A stretch of DNA of 64,000 bases from Geosiphon pyriformis uo1 (GCA_016748015.1 JAAOMT010000572.1:248001-312000); one strand, 5' to 3'; shown: positions 13,401-26,900, counted from the first letter of the stretch. Notes: generated by a model from the letters alone, not told the origin. Program-made: numbers and translations.

Positions 13401-15780
13401 TCTTTACTTAAAACCATAAAAAGACTAGAATTAACTGCTTTGGAAATAATAAAGTTAATAATAGAAGTCTAATTAAACTGTACATTAGCAAAAATCTCAG
13501 CATATAAACCCAAAATTGTAACTAAAACTTGTCTTTAAACAAAAACCATATAGAAATTAAATGATTTAGAATCTTATTTATCTTAGAAACATAATAAGTC
13601 AAAAAACTGTTTATAATTATGGAAATATCTGTACTAAAAAAACCAACATCTAAACCAAAAATAAAAATTCAAATTCTATTAAACTTATTCATAATTTATG
13701 GCTTAATATTAGGTCTTAATTTAGTTTTTGTGATGATCAAAATCATATTTTCTGATTTTATATGCTAATGAACAACATTTTTTTACTTAACAGAAACATT
13801 AAGACCATAAATGTTGTATGTAACAACCTTTTAAATCAGACCTGTTATTGAGAAAAATAAGACTCTAACCTCAAAACAAGATTATCAACTTTGGCTGAAA
13901 AGCTCATAATTGTATTCAAAAGACTCATTAAGTTGCTTTCCAATTTAGAAACTACTGATAAGTTTAAAAACACTGTTCTTATAAGAGTTTTATTACAAGT
14001 AAATACATCTGAACTCTTACTTATTACTATAATTACTTCTTAATTCTGTGATAAAAGGGTCATTAATAGCTGACATCCAAAGCTAGACTGAGAAACTATT
14101 GGTCCAAGTGCATCCAATCTTTTAGCCAAGTTGTTGACTTGCTTTGTAAGGCTGGTAAAACTGTATTTAAGAATAGCAAACTTATTGTTTATGTTCAAAA
14201 AAACCAGTGGGAATGGTTTAGCATTCAAAGATAAACCAATATTAAAAGAAACTAAAAACACTATACAAGAAGTGAAATTACCAGCAATCTGTACTCAAGT
14301 CTTTTCACCAAATAAAACCAAATAAGTAATTGGTGTTTGCTTCTTTTTATATATGTTTGCCAGATAAATTTGATCTTAAAAGATAACCAACCACTTACTA
14401 TAACTGCTTAAATTCTCACCTATTGAACATATACTAAAAACATGACTAAAATAATTACAATAAGCACAATAACCCAAATAAAGACCAGCTTAGTGTAAAT
14501 TTACATTCCTAAAAACTGGTGTAAAACCAATAACAGTTTTTTTGGAAGCTTTATTAGCAAAACAAACCATAACACATTTGTTACACATATATGAACTTGA
14601 ATTACAACCAATAAAACAAGTTTTTTCATTATATAATTTCAACAAACAAAGTATACAACAAAGTTTAATGTAGATTTCTTGATATTTATAATTATTTATT
14701 ACTAATTATTAAAGTTACATACATAAAATCTTTTTTCATAAAAATAGACCACTTAGATGCAATCAAATTAGCAATATCTAATGACTTAAATTTTATTAGA
14801 GCCTTTTGTCAAAGACCAATTAATTGTATTTTAATTGAAACAATCTTACTAAATTTAGAAAAAACTGATTCTACTGCCAATTTGAAAAGATTTAATGAAA
14901 TTTTCTTGATGATTACTTTTTGATTGAACAGTTGTTTGTTTTTTTAATATCAATATTAACTAAAATTTTTTTACTAATTGCCAATTTTTAAGCTCAATTT
15001 TAATATAAAAAAAATCTAATAATTCCTAAAAATTTTAAAGAAATAAAAGCACTTTTAAAACTGTCAACATAATAGAAAATTTTTTTAATTGTTATTAATT
15101 TATTATTATTGGTTTTGCTAAGTACAACAGATAACTTAATATCTAAAGTAAAAAATTTAATTGGTTCAAAACTTTGTTTTTCCAGAACACATAACTTAAC
15201 TAAAGAAAACAGCTTAGAGCCAGCAAATTTGGGAGAAAAAAAAACCAGAATATTATTATTATTACTCATATTATTAAACATTAGAGCTTTTGGTAGATAA
15301 CTCAATATATATGTTTGAGTATAAGTCTTTCTTGGCATGATTTTGTTCATATTTTCATCACCCACAAAAATATCCAAATTTACATAACTGGATTCTTTTA
15401 CAATTGTGTTTTTCATATTTTTTACATCCAAAAAACTGCTAATACTATTTGTAATATTATCTACATTACTTTTTTAAAACACTACAAATTTAATGTCAGA
15501 GCCTTTTAAATCTTTCAAACTTATAGGACTAGTAAACAAGTCAATTATAATACTACTAGCTTTAGGTTTTTTTGGTTTTTTATAAGATACATCATAAGAG
15601 TAGACACTTTCTACATGTTTTTTTTTGGTGCTTAAACAGGTTTTCAAACCAGTCAAGCCAGAACTTGAACCACTAGTAAACAAGTCTGCCAGTTTTATTG
15701 CAACAAAAAAAGGTGTATTGAAAGAAATAATTAAAGTAAAAAATAAAAAAGAGAATAAGAAAAGTTATTTTTTCAGCAAT
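10456..15780 (-). mobile_element. LINE copy B: related subfamily, opposite strand, more heavily decayed, 3'-truncated just before the RNase H core
   Basis: Minus-strand ORF1 remnants (15474..15683, 15000..15431, 14040..14261), ORF2 start near 13848, then APE and RT remnants. LFKHKFLDLQILGWFSLNFL matches LINE A 8550-8605. It ends at ...KIWSNSIE at about 10460. Confidence 0.85.
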
Positions 15781-16356
15781 TTTAAGCTCTTATTATAATT
15801 AAAAAATCAATAAAAAAAGAGTTTTTTTTAAAATTAAATCATTTAAATATAATTGATAATAAAGTTGCTAATAAATTAGTTAATAATATTATTTACTTAT
15901 TTTTATATGTTTTAATCATAATTAATAAAAGTTTTTTTTAAACAATAGAAAAAATATCTTAAATAATACTTATTAATTTGTTTATAATATTTATTAAACA
16001 GTTAATTATGCTTTATAAAAAACTAATTTAGATATTAATATAATTTTTAATAGTATAATTAAAAATATAAATTAGTATTATATATTATAGTTCAATATTT
16101 AAATTTACATATAAATCAAATTTTATTAATAAAATTTTAATTAATTTATATATATATTTAATAAAATTAATCTACAAATATTTTTTTATTGTTGTTTAAA
16201 AATATTTATATAATAAATAATATTCTAAGATTTTTTGTTTTTATTATAAAAATATCAAAATTTTAAATTATGTTTTTACATACAAATTGAATTTTAATAT
16301 TTATCTAAAGTTGTTAAAATTTTTTTGATTTTTAAGTTATATTTATTAATATCTTA

Positions 16357-16514
16357 TTTTTGTTATTTTTAGTTCTATATTTATTTACTTCTAATATTTT
16401 AATAATACTATATATACTATTATATATAAAAATTTTGTTATTTTTAGTTCTATATTTATTTACTTCTAATATTTTAATAATATTATATATACTATTATAT
16501 ATAAAAATTTTGTT
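16357..16514. repeat. 75-bp direct tandem duplication (AT-rich)
   Basis: The unit restarts at 16360, 16435 and 16510; the spurious ORF 16360..16545 repeats a 25-aa string. Confidence 0.85.
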
Positions 16515-16607
16515 GTTAATATCTAGTTTGCTAAAATATTATTAATATTTAAAAATATTAAATTGATTTGTTTTTATTTAATATTTTTTTTATATTATAT
16601 AATAGAG

Positions 16608-16724
16608 CCTGAGTGACTGGTCATGTATAAAAAGAGCATGAGCCACACTTAATTTAAGATCCTGTTTGATCTTATGTACTTAGGTAGTAGTTGGGCTGTA
16701 TTCATTAATTAATAAAAAAAAAAA
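16608..16724 (+). mobile_element. Extremely 5'-truncated LINE retrocopy or SINE-like element: 3' UTR plus poly(A), with a 7-bp TSD
   Basis: Homologous to LINE A 10363-10463, followed by an A-tract. AATAGAG flanks both sides (16601-16607 and 16725-16731). Confidence 0.75.
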
Positions 16725-16935
16725 AATAGAGAATTATAAAAAAAGATATAATTTTATAAATTTAAATATAAAGTCACAATAAAAAAGTGGCTCGGTTGGT
16801 AATAATATATTTGTTTCTTATAGTTTGTATAATTTAATTAATAATTTATCTATTAAGATAATTTATATATTTAATATTATTAAAATTTTTATAGTTATTT
16901 AGGGTTAATATAATAAGTATCTATTTTTTTTAGTC

Positions 16936-16936
<1 letters not shown>

Positions 16937-16968
<32 letters not shown>
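16937..16968. repeat. (TAA)n microsatellite
   Basis: Direct reading of the sequence. Confidence 0.9.
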
Positions 16969-18070
16969 TAAATACATAGTATAATTTTGGCTGAATTAAG
17001 TAATTAATTATATATAGTAAATATTAAATAGTTTTTATAATAAAAATTATTATTAATAATATTATTAAAATTATTATTAAATATTATACTTAAAAGTTTT
17101 AATCAATTTAAAACCAAATAAAAAACTTATTTTTTAAATATTTAAGCAAAAAATTGTATAAAAATTTAATAATTGAAAATAAAATAATAAATAAAAAAAT
17201 TAAAACTTATTTAAGTTATAATATTTAATATTAATTAATAAACAAAAAATAAAAATATACATAAACTTTATTAATATAAATAATTTATAAAATAATAACA
17301 ATAATAATTTTTAAATATTAGTTAATTTAATATTAATTATAAAATATAAAAACATTATTTTTAATTAATTTAAGATTGTTATATTTTTATAAAATCAAGA
17401 AATCTTTGATAAATAAAATTTATTAACCAAATAGAATTTAACCACATTGGTATTTAGCATATAGATCACGTGATATAACAATTGAACAGACTATTGTGTA
17501 CTGGCGCAATGTATCTGATACCTGTATTTACTTGTCGAATGGGCGTTTATCTAGTTCGAATCACTTCTCCCCATCTTTTTGTGAGATTTTCCAGCTTTCT
17601 ATTATTTTTAATATACACCATAAATCAGTTTCCTTGGATTGGTTACCCCCTGAGAATTCTCCTCGTAAGAAGGCAATAGACCCCCTCCCCTTTTGCTTAT
17701 CACAGCAGATAGGCATTTAATATTGTTTTCTAGCTTATGAATTATGCTATAAAAAGGCTGAAATTAAACGAATTTTGACTCATTGTAATAAATCCTCCCA
17801 TCTTGGATTTTAAAACTGAAGTCTTTGATGGTGGGTTTTATTTGTACTGAAAGTATTTTTCAAATCACTTTTTCAAGTTAATTCTGCGCCTTTCCACGTG
17901 TGTTACAAAAAGGCCGAACTGAACCGGTGAATTGTCTTGCATATTTTCGTCGCTGCAGTTCTTTGTTGGTTTTCAGACTAATAGATAATACCTCGGAAAA
18001 AACTGTGACTCCCCCAAACTTCCCTTCTCTCCCTCTATTACCCTTTTTTTTTTAACAATTGTAACTAAAC

Positions 18071-19642
18071 ATGAGAGAATCCAACTTTTCATTCCCTTCT
18101 CAAAATCGTGCATCCGTGTGTATAACATCTGCTCTTTATGACAGAAGAGCTTTGGATTGCACCGCCATCTTACCTTTAATAAACTCTCTTACACATCTCA
18201 CATACCTTACAAGTACGTCTCCTCGCATCCGTGAGATTCTAACTATGGATGGAGGCTTAGAACGTTTGGTACGCATTTTAAAAACGACCAAAGCTAATGA
18301 CAAAAGAAGTGGCTGGAAGTGGTCTATGGCGTTTCAGTGTGTTGCTAATGTTGGTGTGCGTGGTTCCGAAGCTATTAGAACACGAGTGGTGGAAGCTGGG
18401 ATGGTGCCAGTAATTATTACTGTTTTGGACAATTTCTTAAGGACTTTGGATCACGTTAGACTGGAAAAAGAACAACAAGTCGTTGCAGCTCCTTCTCTTG
18501 CTACTCAACAACCACTATTAATCACGAGCAACCCTTTGCCTCCAGCTCCGCTTTCTGGGCCTTTTGTTGCTACTATAGATACTGGTAATTCTTAAAGTAT
18601 TTTTCAGAACATCTGGATTTGGGTTAAGGATTATTTTTTAAAATCTGTTATAAAACGCAAATTAATTTTGCCTTTCTTTTTCGCTACTTTGATAAAACAT
18701 ATCGATTCTGGATTCTTTGAATTTCCCTTTTCTCTATAACCTGACCAATCCTCACCAGCAGCGGCATCTACAAGCCGATTATTGACAGCTTTGAATTCTA
18801 ACGGGACCACGCATTATGATATAAGATCCTCTGATGATGCGAGATCAGACGTAGCATCGTGGGGTTCAGTTGCAGATACGGAAGAGGGAGCTTTAACCAC
18901 TGCGGTACCCCAACTTCCCTCGACAGCAAATGGTACAACAAACACCAGTATACCCTCCAACTTCCGATTATCACAGCCTTCAAATAATACTGCCAATCCA
19001 TCGAATCCCGCATCTTTCGATATCGACGTTCTTTATCGTGAAGAAGACATTCTTTTGTCGCTTCAATTACTAGCTTATCTGTCAAAATATCCTCAACTGC
19101 GTTCCACCTTTCATTCATCTTATCCTCCTCATAATGTCTTCTCTCTTGTGGAAAAATATACTCATCGTTTACATCCTCAGGAAATTCAGTACTGGGCCGG
19201 AGTTATTATGCGCAACGCTTGCCGAAAAGATGAAGCTCGTGGTGGAATTCGCCAATGTGCTTACATGTCTTGCGGCAAATGGGAGAGTTTTGCAAGGGAA
19301 TTTGCCAAATGCCGAAGGTGTCGTAAAGCTAAGTATTGTTCAAAGGCTTGTCAATCGAAGGCATGGAGCGAAGGTCATAGATGGTGGTGTATGGAGCGGC
19401 ATGGTCACGGAGATTCAGAAACCCATCAACACCCACAATCGAACAATCAAACCTCTACAACAGCCCTAGTGACAGCGGGACATCGCTCCCGCAATACAAA
19501 TATTAGTCACATGACCGAAAATATTATTAATAGATCAGGTGTCAACCATGAAACTCCAAGCACCCCATCCACGGGTCCTTCTTCCGGTACAGCAACACAT
19601 AATCGTAGATCTGGGTCCGGGTCTTCTCTTTTGGTTTCATGA
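18071..19642 (+). CDS. samB: MYND-type zinc finger protein samB/MUB1; 2 exons (intron ~18585-18758)
   Basis: The N-terminus MRESNF...CITSALYDRRALDCT..LPLINSLTHLTYLTSTSPRIRE and the C-terminal MYND (CAYMSCGKWE...CRRCRKAKYCSKACQSKAW..H..WC) are both diagnostic. The GTAATT...CAG intron keeps frame. Confidence 0.93.
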
Positions 19643-20588
19643 TTGATATCAAAGGGGAATGGGCATGCAGGCATAAGGGTCTTGCCAGATTCATATGTTT
19701 GTTTATTGGCAAATACAATGCTTGTATATGGTAAAAGGTCGTCGCTATCGATGATTTCAGCTTCCTTGCCGATTTTTGCTCATTTCTCTAGTCTGATTTG
19801 GATAATTTATCATGTTACTTGCTCATGAATCATGCGGGGAAAACGAGAAGTGTTTATGAAAATTCCAAACAATTCTATCTATATATATTTTCATTTTCTG
19901 TTACACGCTCAAGTAGATTATAGCCGCTTTCCAGCGTTTTATTCTCTATTGCAAAATCTCTTCACGCTTTCTTTGAAAATTTTATTTTGGGCCAGGCTCT
20001 ATGTTCACATCGGCTCCTAGGAATTCTTGTGATGCACCATTTGGAGAAACATTAACTTCTCTGCATTCAACGCAATTTCACATCGCAAATAGTCTTGTTT
20101 TTCTTGTTGCATTTGTTCCTGTTTTGGTTATAGGTGTCGCAGATATGGAAAAGCCGTTCGCCGCATGATTATTTCGATGTGCATATAGACAAGTTCTAGC
20201 AACAATTTTGAAAATTCTTAATTATCTGTTATTACTTTACTGCCATCATGCATATTTCATGATTCATCGGGGGTCTTTACAAATTTAATTCTTGTCAAAC
20301 TAGCAAATGGTGAACGTAGGAAATCCAAAACTTGGATATCATATTAAATTATATGATACTAAACGACTTTACTTAGATTACAATCAATTATAATTTTATA
20401 TCCAATAATATTCCACTGAAATTCTGAAAGTGATGTTTTCAAACATTCAACTTGGCCTATTTGAACATCAGATTGCGTGAGAATTAACTTTAATAAATAC
20501 ATAAAGCTATCTCAACAACAGTTAAACAACTGACATATGAATTCCCAGCGTCCTCAAGATTTTCATAATATTATGTTTTAGTGTTGTT

Positions 20589-22469
20589 CTAGGCATTCCA
20601 TAGATTGGTTCTGACTGGGCTGATCTTGTCTGAGCGATCAATGACTATCAGACGATTGGCAACAAGCATGTAAACCGCAGAAATTCCATCCGCGGCTTTC
20701 CATCCTTGATCGCAAGCCGCCTGACTGATCTTTTCTTTTAGTTCATTTATTGGGATTTCACCACCGGCATCTCGGATAATTCGCAGAGCGATTGCTGAAA
20801 AGATGATTTGTGACTTGGGAGTATCACTTCGTTCATCAATCTGAGCAATTCCATCGATCAATGAGGTATTTACTCCCCTAGAAAAGTGGCTCATCATTTA
20901 ATGCGGAAAGAAATTTGGGCATGCTTGACGAACACAAAATATTACCTCGTAATATCAATATCCAGATTCAATGTCTCGCACCTTTCATGGTCATTCAATA
21001 ATTGCTGCAATGTCGCAACTGCTGTAGACTTTCACCATACCAAAATAAGAAGGGTGCTAAATCAAGACAGATCTATCCAAAAATAATAGATTAATACGTA
21101 CCATAATATGGTGCATTCGATGATCCTCCTCTGAGTTTTCATTTTTTACCAGCTATCAATTAGCAATAAGGGCATCGTTAAAGAAGCAGCGATTGACAGA
21201 AATAATTTGAGAGACTATTTACCTCCGTTCTTTTTACAATTGCCTCGTATTTTTTTTTCATCCGAGCAAAATTATTTTCTGTTTCTTGGGATTGAGCTTC
21301 GCTCAAGCCCCTCAATTGTACATCTTCATTAATTTATACCACATATGGAGAACGGGTTCCATAAACTTTAGAAAAATAACGAATCATGAATAAATTCTCA
21401 CCTAGTTCTTCCAATATTTGGCGTTTTTCTGCAATTTGGAGCTATTATAGATTTGAAACAGGAGAATTATACGAAAAACTTTCCTTAAAGCCTTACAATC
21501 AAAGACTTGATTTGGACGAAACCTGAGCTTCATCTGGCTCCATTGAGAAAGTATCCATACGCGAGTCTAAATTATTTATATCATGTTCAACTGCACTTTT
21601 TTTTTCAGTTTCCAATCGTGCATCAAGGGAGTTAAGCTATATGCAAAAACAAAATAAGTAATGAGAAACTTGTAAAGGTATTGTTTTCATAAAAAAAAAA
21701 GGTTCAACCATGTCTCTGTGCTCCTCGATCAATGATTCTAAAGCAAATATTTCTCTCTGTTCATGTTGTATTTCTTCCGCAAGAATTGTTGCCTCGATCC
21801 GCTGAGACACAATTTCATTGCCATTGGATTCCGTTTGGTTATACAGATTCTTAAATTTCTCAAAATCTTTTTGTTGCTTAGTGCAAGTTTTTGAACATTT
21901 TATCAATATTTGCGATCGCAGAAATAAAGCAGTTTTTAAATTATTTGGAAAATTTTATGTTACCTTTTCTTTAATTGATTCCAGGCTATCTATTGAAGAG
22001 GTTATTTCTTCATGGCGTTGATTTAGTTGAGAAATATACTCCTTTGCTTTTTCCAAACCACTAAAAAATATAAATCTTTGAGCCACTTTCTATATTGGAT
22101 TAGTAATGAAAAGAAAAAATACCATATTTGAGCTAAAACGTTGGCACCACGTATTAACTTATCAATGGTTAAAGGGCCAGGGCCGCGAAGGGGAGTCGGT
22201 GGTTCCAGCTGTGGTCTTGTACTATAGAAGAAATTACTTTTAATTGTAAGGTAAGAGACTCATTTTCGTAGTTGAATGAAATACCTTGAAGATGCCCCTT
22301 CATCTACCAAAGTGAATAGCTTTCGCTCGTGGGTTAAAGCATCACGAAGTGAGGCTCGGGCGATAACTGGGTCTAGTAAAGCTTCTACATGACCACGGCC
22401 GTTTCTAAAATTCAACGCAGCTATTTTGTTTGAAGCCTCAAATAATCTTTCAAGTCGCTCAATAGGCAT
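20589..22469 (-). CDS. SPC34: Probable DASH complex subunit Spc34 with a long coiled coil and a C-terminal extension; multi-exon
   Basis: The N-terminal LERLFEASNKIAALNF...ALL...LRDALTHERKLF resembles the fungal Spc34 IRDxxxHERxLF motif. It is followed by heptad-rich middle exons and the C-terminal AVYMLVANRLIVIDRS. Confidence 0.65.
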
Positions 22470-22764
22470 TATTGATGTTTAACTTGAGGAATTCAAGCGT
22501 GTCATTATAGTTAAAAAGTCGCGTCTATCTTCTATCAATATGTAGAGTATCACAAAATTATCGAACATTCTAGTGGGATCCAATACTAGTCCAATTTTTC
22601 AAAGATATGCTGCCCTCAAGTGAGCCCATTCATTTCAAAAGTTTCCAAGCACTTTGCAGCTGAGAATATTCGCACAGTTAAAGTCCTTTGCTAAACGGAG
22701 GATTCAGTTCAACCAGAGCTAAGAGGAAAATAAAAAATATAATAAAAGACGTATATTATTGAAA

Positions 22765-23794
22765 ATGTTTGGTTGCATTGTAGCCGGAAGACTGGTGGGT
22801 ATTATTTGTACCTTAATGCGAAAGGGATCAAATTTGGTGGTTTGAAGTTCGATTTATCTCATTGGTTCTGGAAAACCTATCCTTTTTTGGAAAATTTGAG
22901 GTTAAGTATTTAATGGGGCAACCTTATAGTTACTTGGACGCGAAATAATTTGCAAGCAGAAGTATGGATCAACGCTGTAAGAGACCACAGTTTAAGGCTT
23001 CCCAAAAGCTACGACTTTCTGAATTGGTGATTAATGTATTTTATTATTTTATTTCCGGAAAGATTCAAACCAATTTACAACAAATAGATACCAATAAATT
23101 TGTTTTTGAGCTACCAGATGCTTTAACTATCAATCATATCGTGGTATTTCTTCTTGGAACGGTTCCTTTTGAACCAGGCTATGCTGCTACGGTTCATTTC
23201 TTATGGCCAGGGGGAGAAGATGGCTGGAAACTATTGGGCATGTATGTTTTACAATTTAATTAGTTTATAATCAAGAAATTGACGCATTGATCAATTTAGA
23301 AGTTGATTTATAACAATTATTCCTTCTATGTCAGGCTGTCCAATGAAAAACCCAGCGCAATTTTTCGCTTGAGAGGAGCAATAATACCTTCTGGAACATC
23401 TTCAACCTCTAGCATTACATCAAAATTACTCACAGAAGGAACCTCAATGGATCTCAATGAAGATGCTTTTGTGCCATCCCAAATAACTGCAACTTTAGGT
23501 ATATCTATTGAGCCAATAACGGTTGTGGAAACTGCGATCTCAGCAATTACAGCCCAAATATCATATCCCCCTGGTGGTCCTGATAATTTGAGTCAAGTAG
23601 CGATCAACATATTGAAAAATCTTTATAATTATGTGACTTCCTTTGCCACAACATCCTTACCTCTGGGCTTTCAAAATTCTCATCAATCTTATATTCCGTT
23701 AAAAGTTTTCCAGGACTGGTATGATGGGTTTGTGAGAAAAGTTAAAATTAATCCTGCGTTGGTGTTGAAAGGTGACAGGGAAAATGGTGAATGA
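22765..23794 (+). CDS. OPI10: Hikeshi/OPI10 family (Hsp70 nuclear import carrier); 3 exons
   Basis: Exon 1 MFGCIVAGRL (22765-22794). Exon 2 IQTNLQQIDTNKFVF...INHIVVFLLGTVPF. Exon 3 LSNEKPSAIFR...NLYNYVTSF...IPLKVFQDWYDGF. Confidence 0.92.
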
Positions 23795-23982
23795 TTCTTT
23801 GGTGCTCTAACACGATTTTAGGTAGCAGTGATTTTAAAAAGCTTTGTTCATGCTAAAGATTACAAAGTCATCTTAAGTTAATATGACAGTACATATTATT
23901 GGCTATAGCATTTAGGCAGGATTACAAAATATACTATTTAGTCAGGAATGTCAATGGATAGCACAGCAACTCTGTGACTGTC

Positions 23983-26900
23983 ATGTTTGGCTTAAGCTGG
24001 CAAAAAGCAGAATCCACGACAAAGAATAATGACATTAGCCCCAACAGTAAAAATGCCATTCCGAGAATAGGTTCTCTCGATCTCTCTGACTTCCACATCC
24101 CAGGTCTAGAGGAAGAACTTGATCCAAATGTTGAATTTAGTGACGCCGATCTTGTAGACCCTGATTTATTGGTACCTTTGAAAGAGATGAAATAAAGTCT
24201 TTAAATTTCAGAATTTATATTTATCTACTCTCTTTGATTGCCCAAGGGAGAGTTACAAGCTCTGAGTGGAAGTTCTACTCCTTCCTCAAAAATTAGGACT
24301 CAAAAGCAGTTTCAAGCGGAGCTTCCACCCTCAACTGCCACTTTAAAACTCGACATCGAAACCTTAAATTCCCTGGCTGGAGAAACCGAGGTGGAGGCAG
24401 TACTTACAGAAGACGACTTCAAGGATCCCACACTGTTAGTAAGTTGTATTTTCCAATTCGGTTTGATTAAAGTGTGTGCCTTGTTTTTGAATTCACTTAA
24501 TCATTTTGTATTATTATTATTCTACCTTGAAAGAAAGAATTGCATAGATTAGGTTCTCAGAGTGATGAACATGTTAATCAAAAAGATTTTCAAAATGTGG
24601 CCGCTAATAGCGATTCAGCTGGGGATGCTCTAATTTCAAAATCATTGTCTTTAGAAGCTAAAGAACAAAAAGAATTAAAATCTCTCAGAGTAGATACTGA
24701 GAGCATCAAAAAAGATTTCATAGGTAGCCAGACATCGACAAATAAGAGCGAATACATTGTTTCTGATAAAATTCACTCATTGAGCCTGAACGAAAATAAC
24801 GAGCTTGCCTTGGATGATAAATTAAAAATTGATGATCCAGAAAAATTAATAAATTTTATCCAGCAAGAAAAACTTGAGGCAGTTAGGAAGAAGAGAGCTG
24901 GGGATAAAGCTGGTGCATTAGAATCCATCAGAGTCTACAAAAGATTGGAAGCAAGACGCGTTGAAATATTAGGACCGACGATTTCTCAAAGTTCTTTTGA
25001 AAAAATTCCAAAAGGTCTTGTTAATTCGACTAATGATATCAAAATGGGAACTGCTGCTAATGTAGAAAATAGGGCATTCGGCGCCAATTCAGAAATCCAG
25101 GAGGGAAACCTAAATGAAGGTTTACAAGGGCAAAACCCATTAATTATTAAAATAAAGCAACTTCAAAAACAGTATAAAAATGCGGCGATCCAATATAAGG
25201 ACTTGAATAACATTCCAAAAGCGAAAGAAATGCTATCAACATCTCAAGTATTATTGAAGTCGTTTAGAGTTTTAGAAAAGGGAGGTCATTTGCCCGAGGG
25301 CTGGCTCATGCCTACAGAACCTGATCTACCGGAGGAAATTCATTTAGAAAGCCAATCACCTTCACCAACACCTAAAAGAAGCTCACACAACATTGACACA
25401 CCCGTCCCAATTTCCTCTAGGATCGATAACCCTGTTATAAACATGCCATCTTTAGCAGAACTAGAGGCGCCATTGAGCACGGTAGGCACTTATTTTTATT
25501 TATTTTATTTTAGCATAATTAACAGCCAGTGTCAGATCAGTAATATTCTAAAGGCTTCCATGAAATTGAAAATTAACAATATTGCCTGTCTCACAACATG
25601 TGCGTAAATCCCATCTCATACATGCGATAGTAATATTAAAAGAAAAATGACCAAAATATACGAATAGAAACCCATTATTTGTATACCTTTTTTAGATGTC
25701 TATAATAGAACAATACGAGCGACTTTTAGCCCATCTTCGAGATCAGATTACTTCTTGTTCCAATATAATCTCGGAGTTTCAAAAAGATGGAGATAAAAAA
25801 AACGTGGCCTTGTTCACAAACTATAAAAAAGAGTTTTCCTGTGATCTGGATTCCTTATCTTCTTACCGAATCCACGGAAAGGATATTCCGGCCTATCATT
25901 TTCAACAAATTCAGTACAGCGCTAAAAATTGTTGCTACGAATTAGGCGAGAATGACCTAGAGGTATGCATTGACCGAGGCATTAATTTGGGTAATAAAGA
26001 AGTGAGTGGTCGGGATGTCGAAGCATATGTGAGTTGGGATATCGGTTGGCCAACAGATGGTACCTCTACAGCATCAATTGGGAAAGGAGATACCTCTGTT
26101 GCTAAGAAAGGCATGGATCCTGGTAAGCTAGAAATAAACACATCCTTCTCCCTTTACAAAATCTGATTTGCAAATTTTGACATTTTCATCATTAGAATTT
26201 AATTTCAGAAAGATTTTAATGATTGATCGTAATGCCCGACCTTTTCAGAGACATTTGGAACGCAAAAAAGCGACGTTCGAAGTTTTTCATTATAGGGGTT
26301 TCTTACGAAAAGCCATTTCGCTTGGCAAAGTTCAACTGAAATTGGATCAATTATTGAGGAAGCCTGAAATTCATGAAATAATTGAAGTAAGGGTTAGCAA
26401 TTCTGAGATAAACTTTGTTTAAATGCTCCTCTTAACATATATTCTCTTACTTGAAAAATAAGCTTTCGGAAGGCGGTCGCCGATCTACCGGTGGTAAGAT
26501 AGAGGTACGACTACGACTCCGTCGACCAATTTTGAGGGATGAAAGTGTGACCAAAATCCTCAAATGGGTGATCATTGACGAATTCCGGACTAGCAATTCT
26601 GCACTCGCAAATCTCAGAAGCCCGGCATCTTTGAATCTACCCAAATCGACCGCAACCAATTCAGTTATGAATTCCGAATCAGGACCGAAAGACATGGACC
26701 ATTTATCAAGAATGAACCAACAGCAAAAAACAGTGCAAAATCCAATCAAACCTAATGCCGAATCGAACACTCCGAAATCTATCGTAAAAGATAGTCTCAG
26801 TTATATTTCCACGGAATCAGGTTCTCGAGCGCAGACACAAGCTGGAATAAATTCCCCCACCTCTAATCGAACAGAGGTTATTTCGGAAATCCGCCCTCCT

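Noticed and set aside
16360-16545. 61-aa hydrophobic repeat ORF
   Set aside because: It is an artefact of an AT-rich 75-bp duplication with a TTG start.
16607-16690. Hammerhead ribozyme in the LINE 3' element
   Set aside because: It has a three-stem fold, but the CUGAnGA and GAAA core nucleotides are not at the junctions.
18798-19469. Alternative-frame and antisense ORFs inside samB (also those inside CC2D1, MacroD, the Sel1 genes, lipase and Hsp20)
   Set aside because: They are shadows of real coding sequence with no recognisable motifs.
22795-23062. Intronic snoRNA in the long Hikeshi intron 1
   Set aside because: No convincing C/D or H/ACA box pair is visible.
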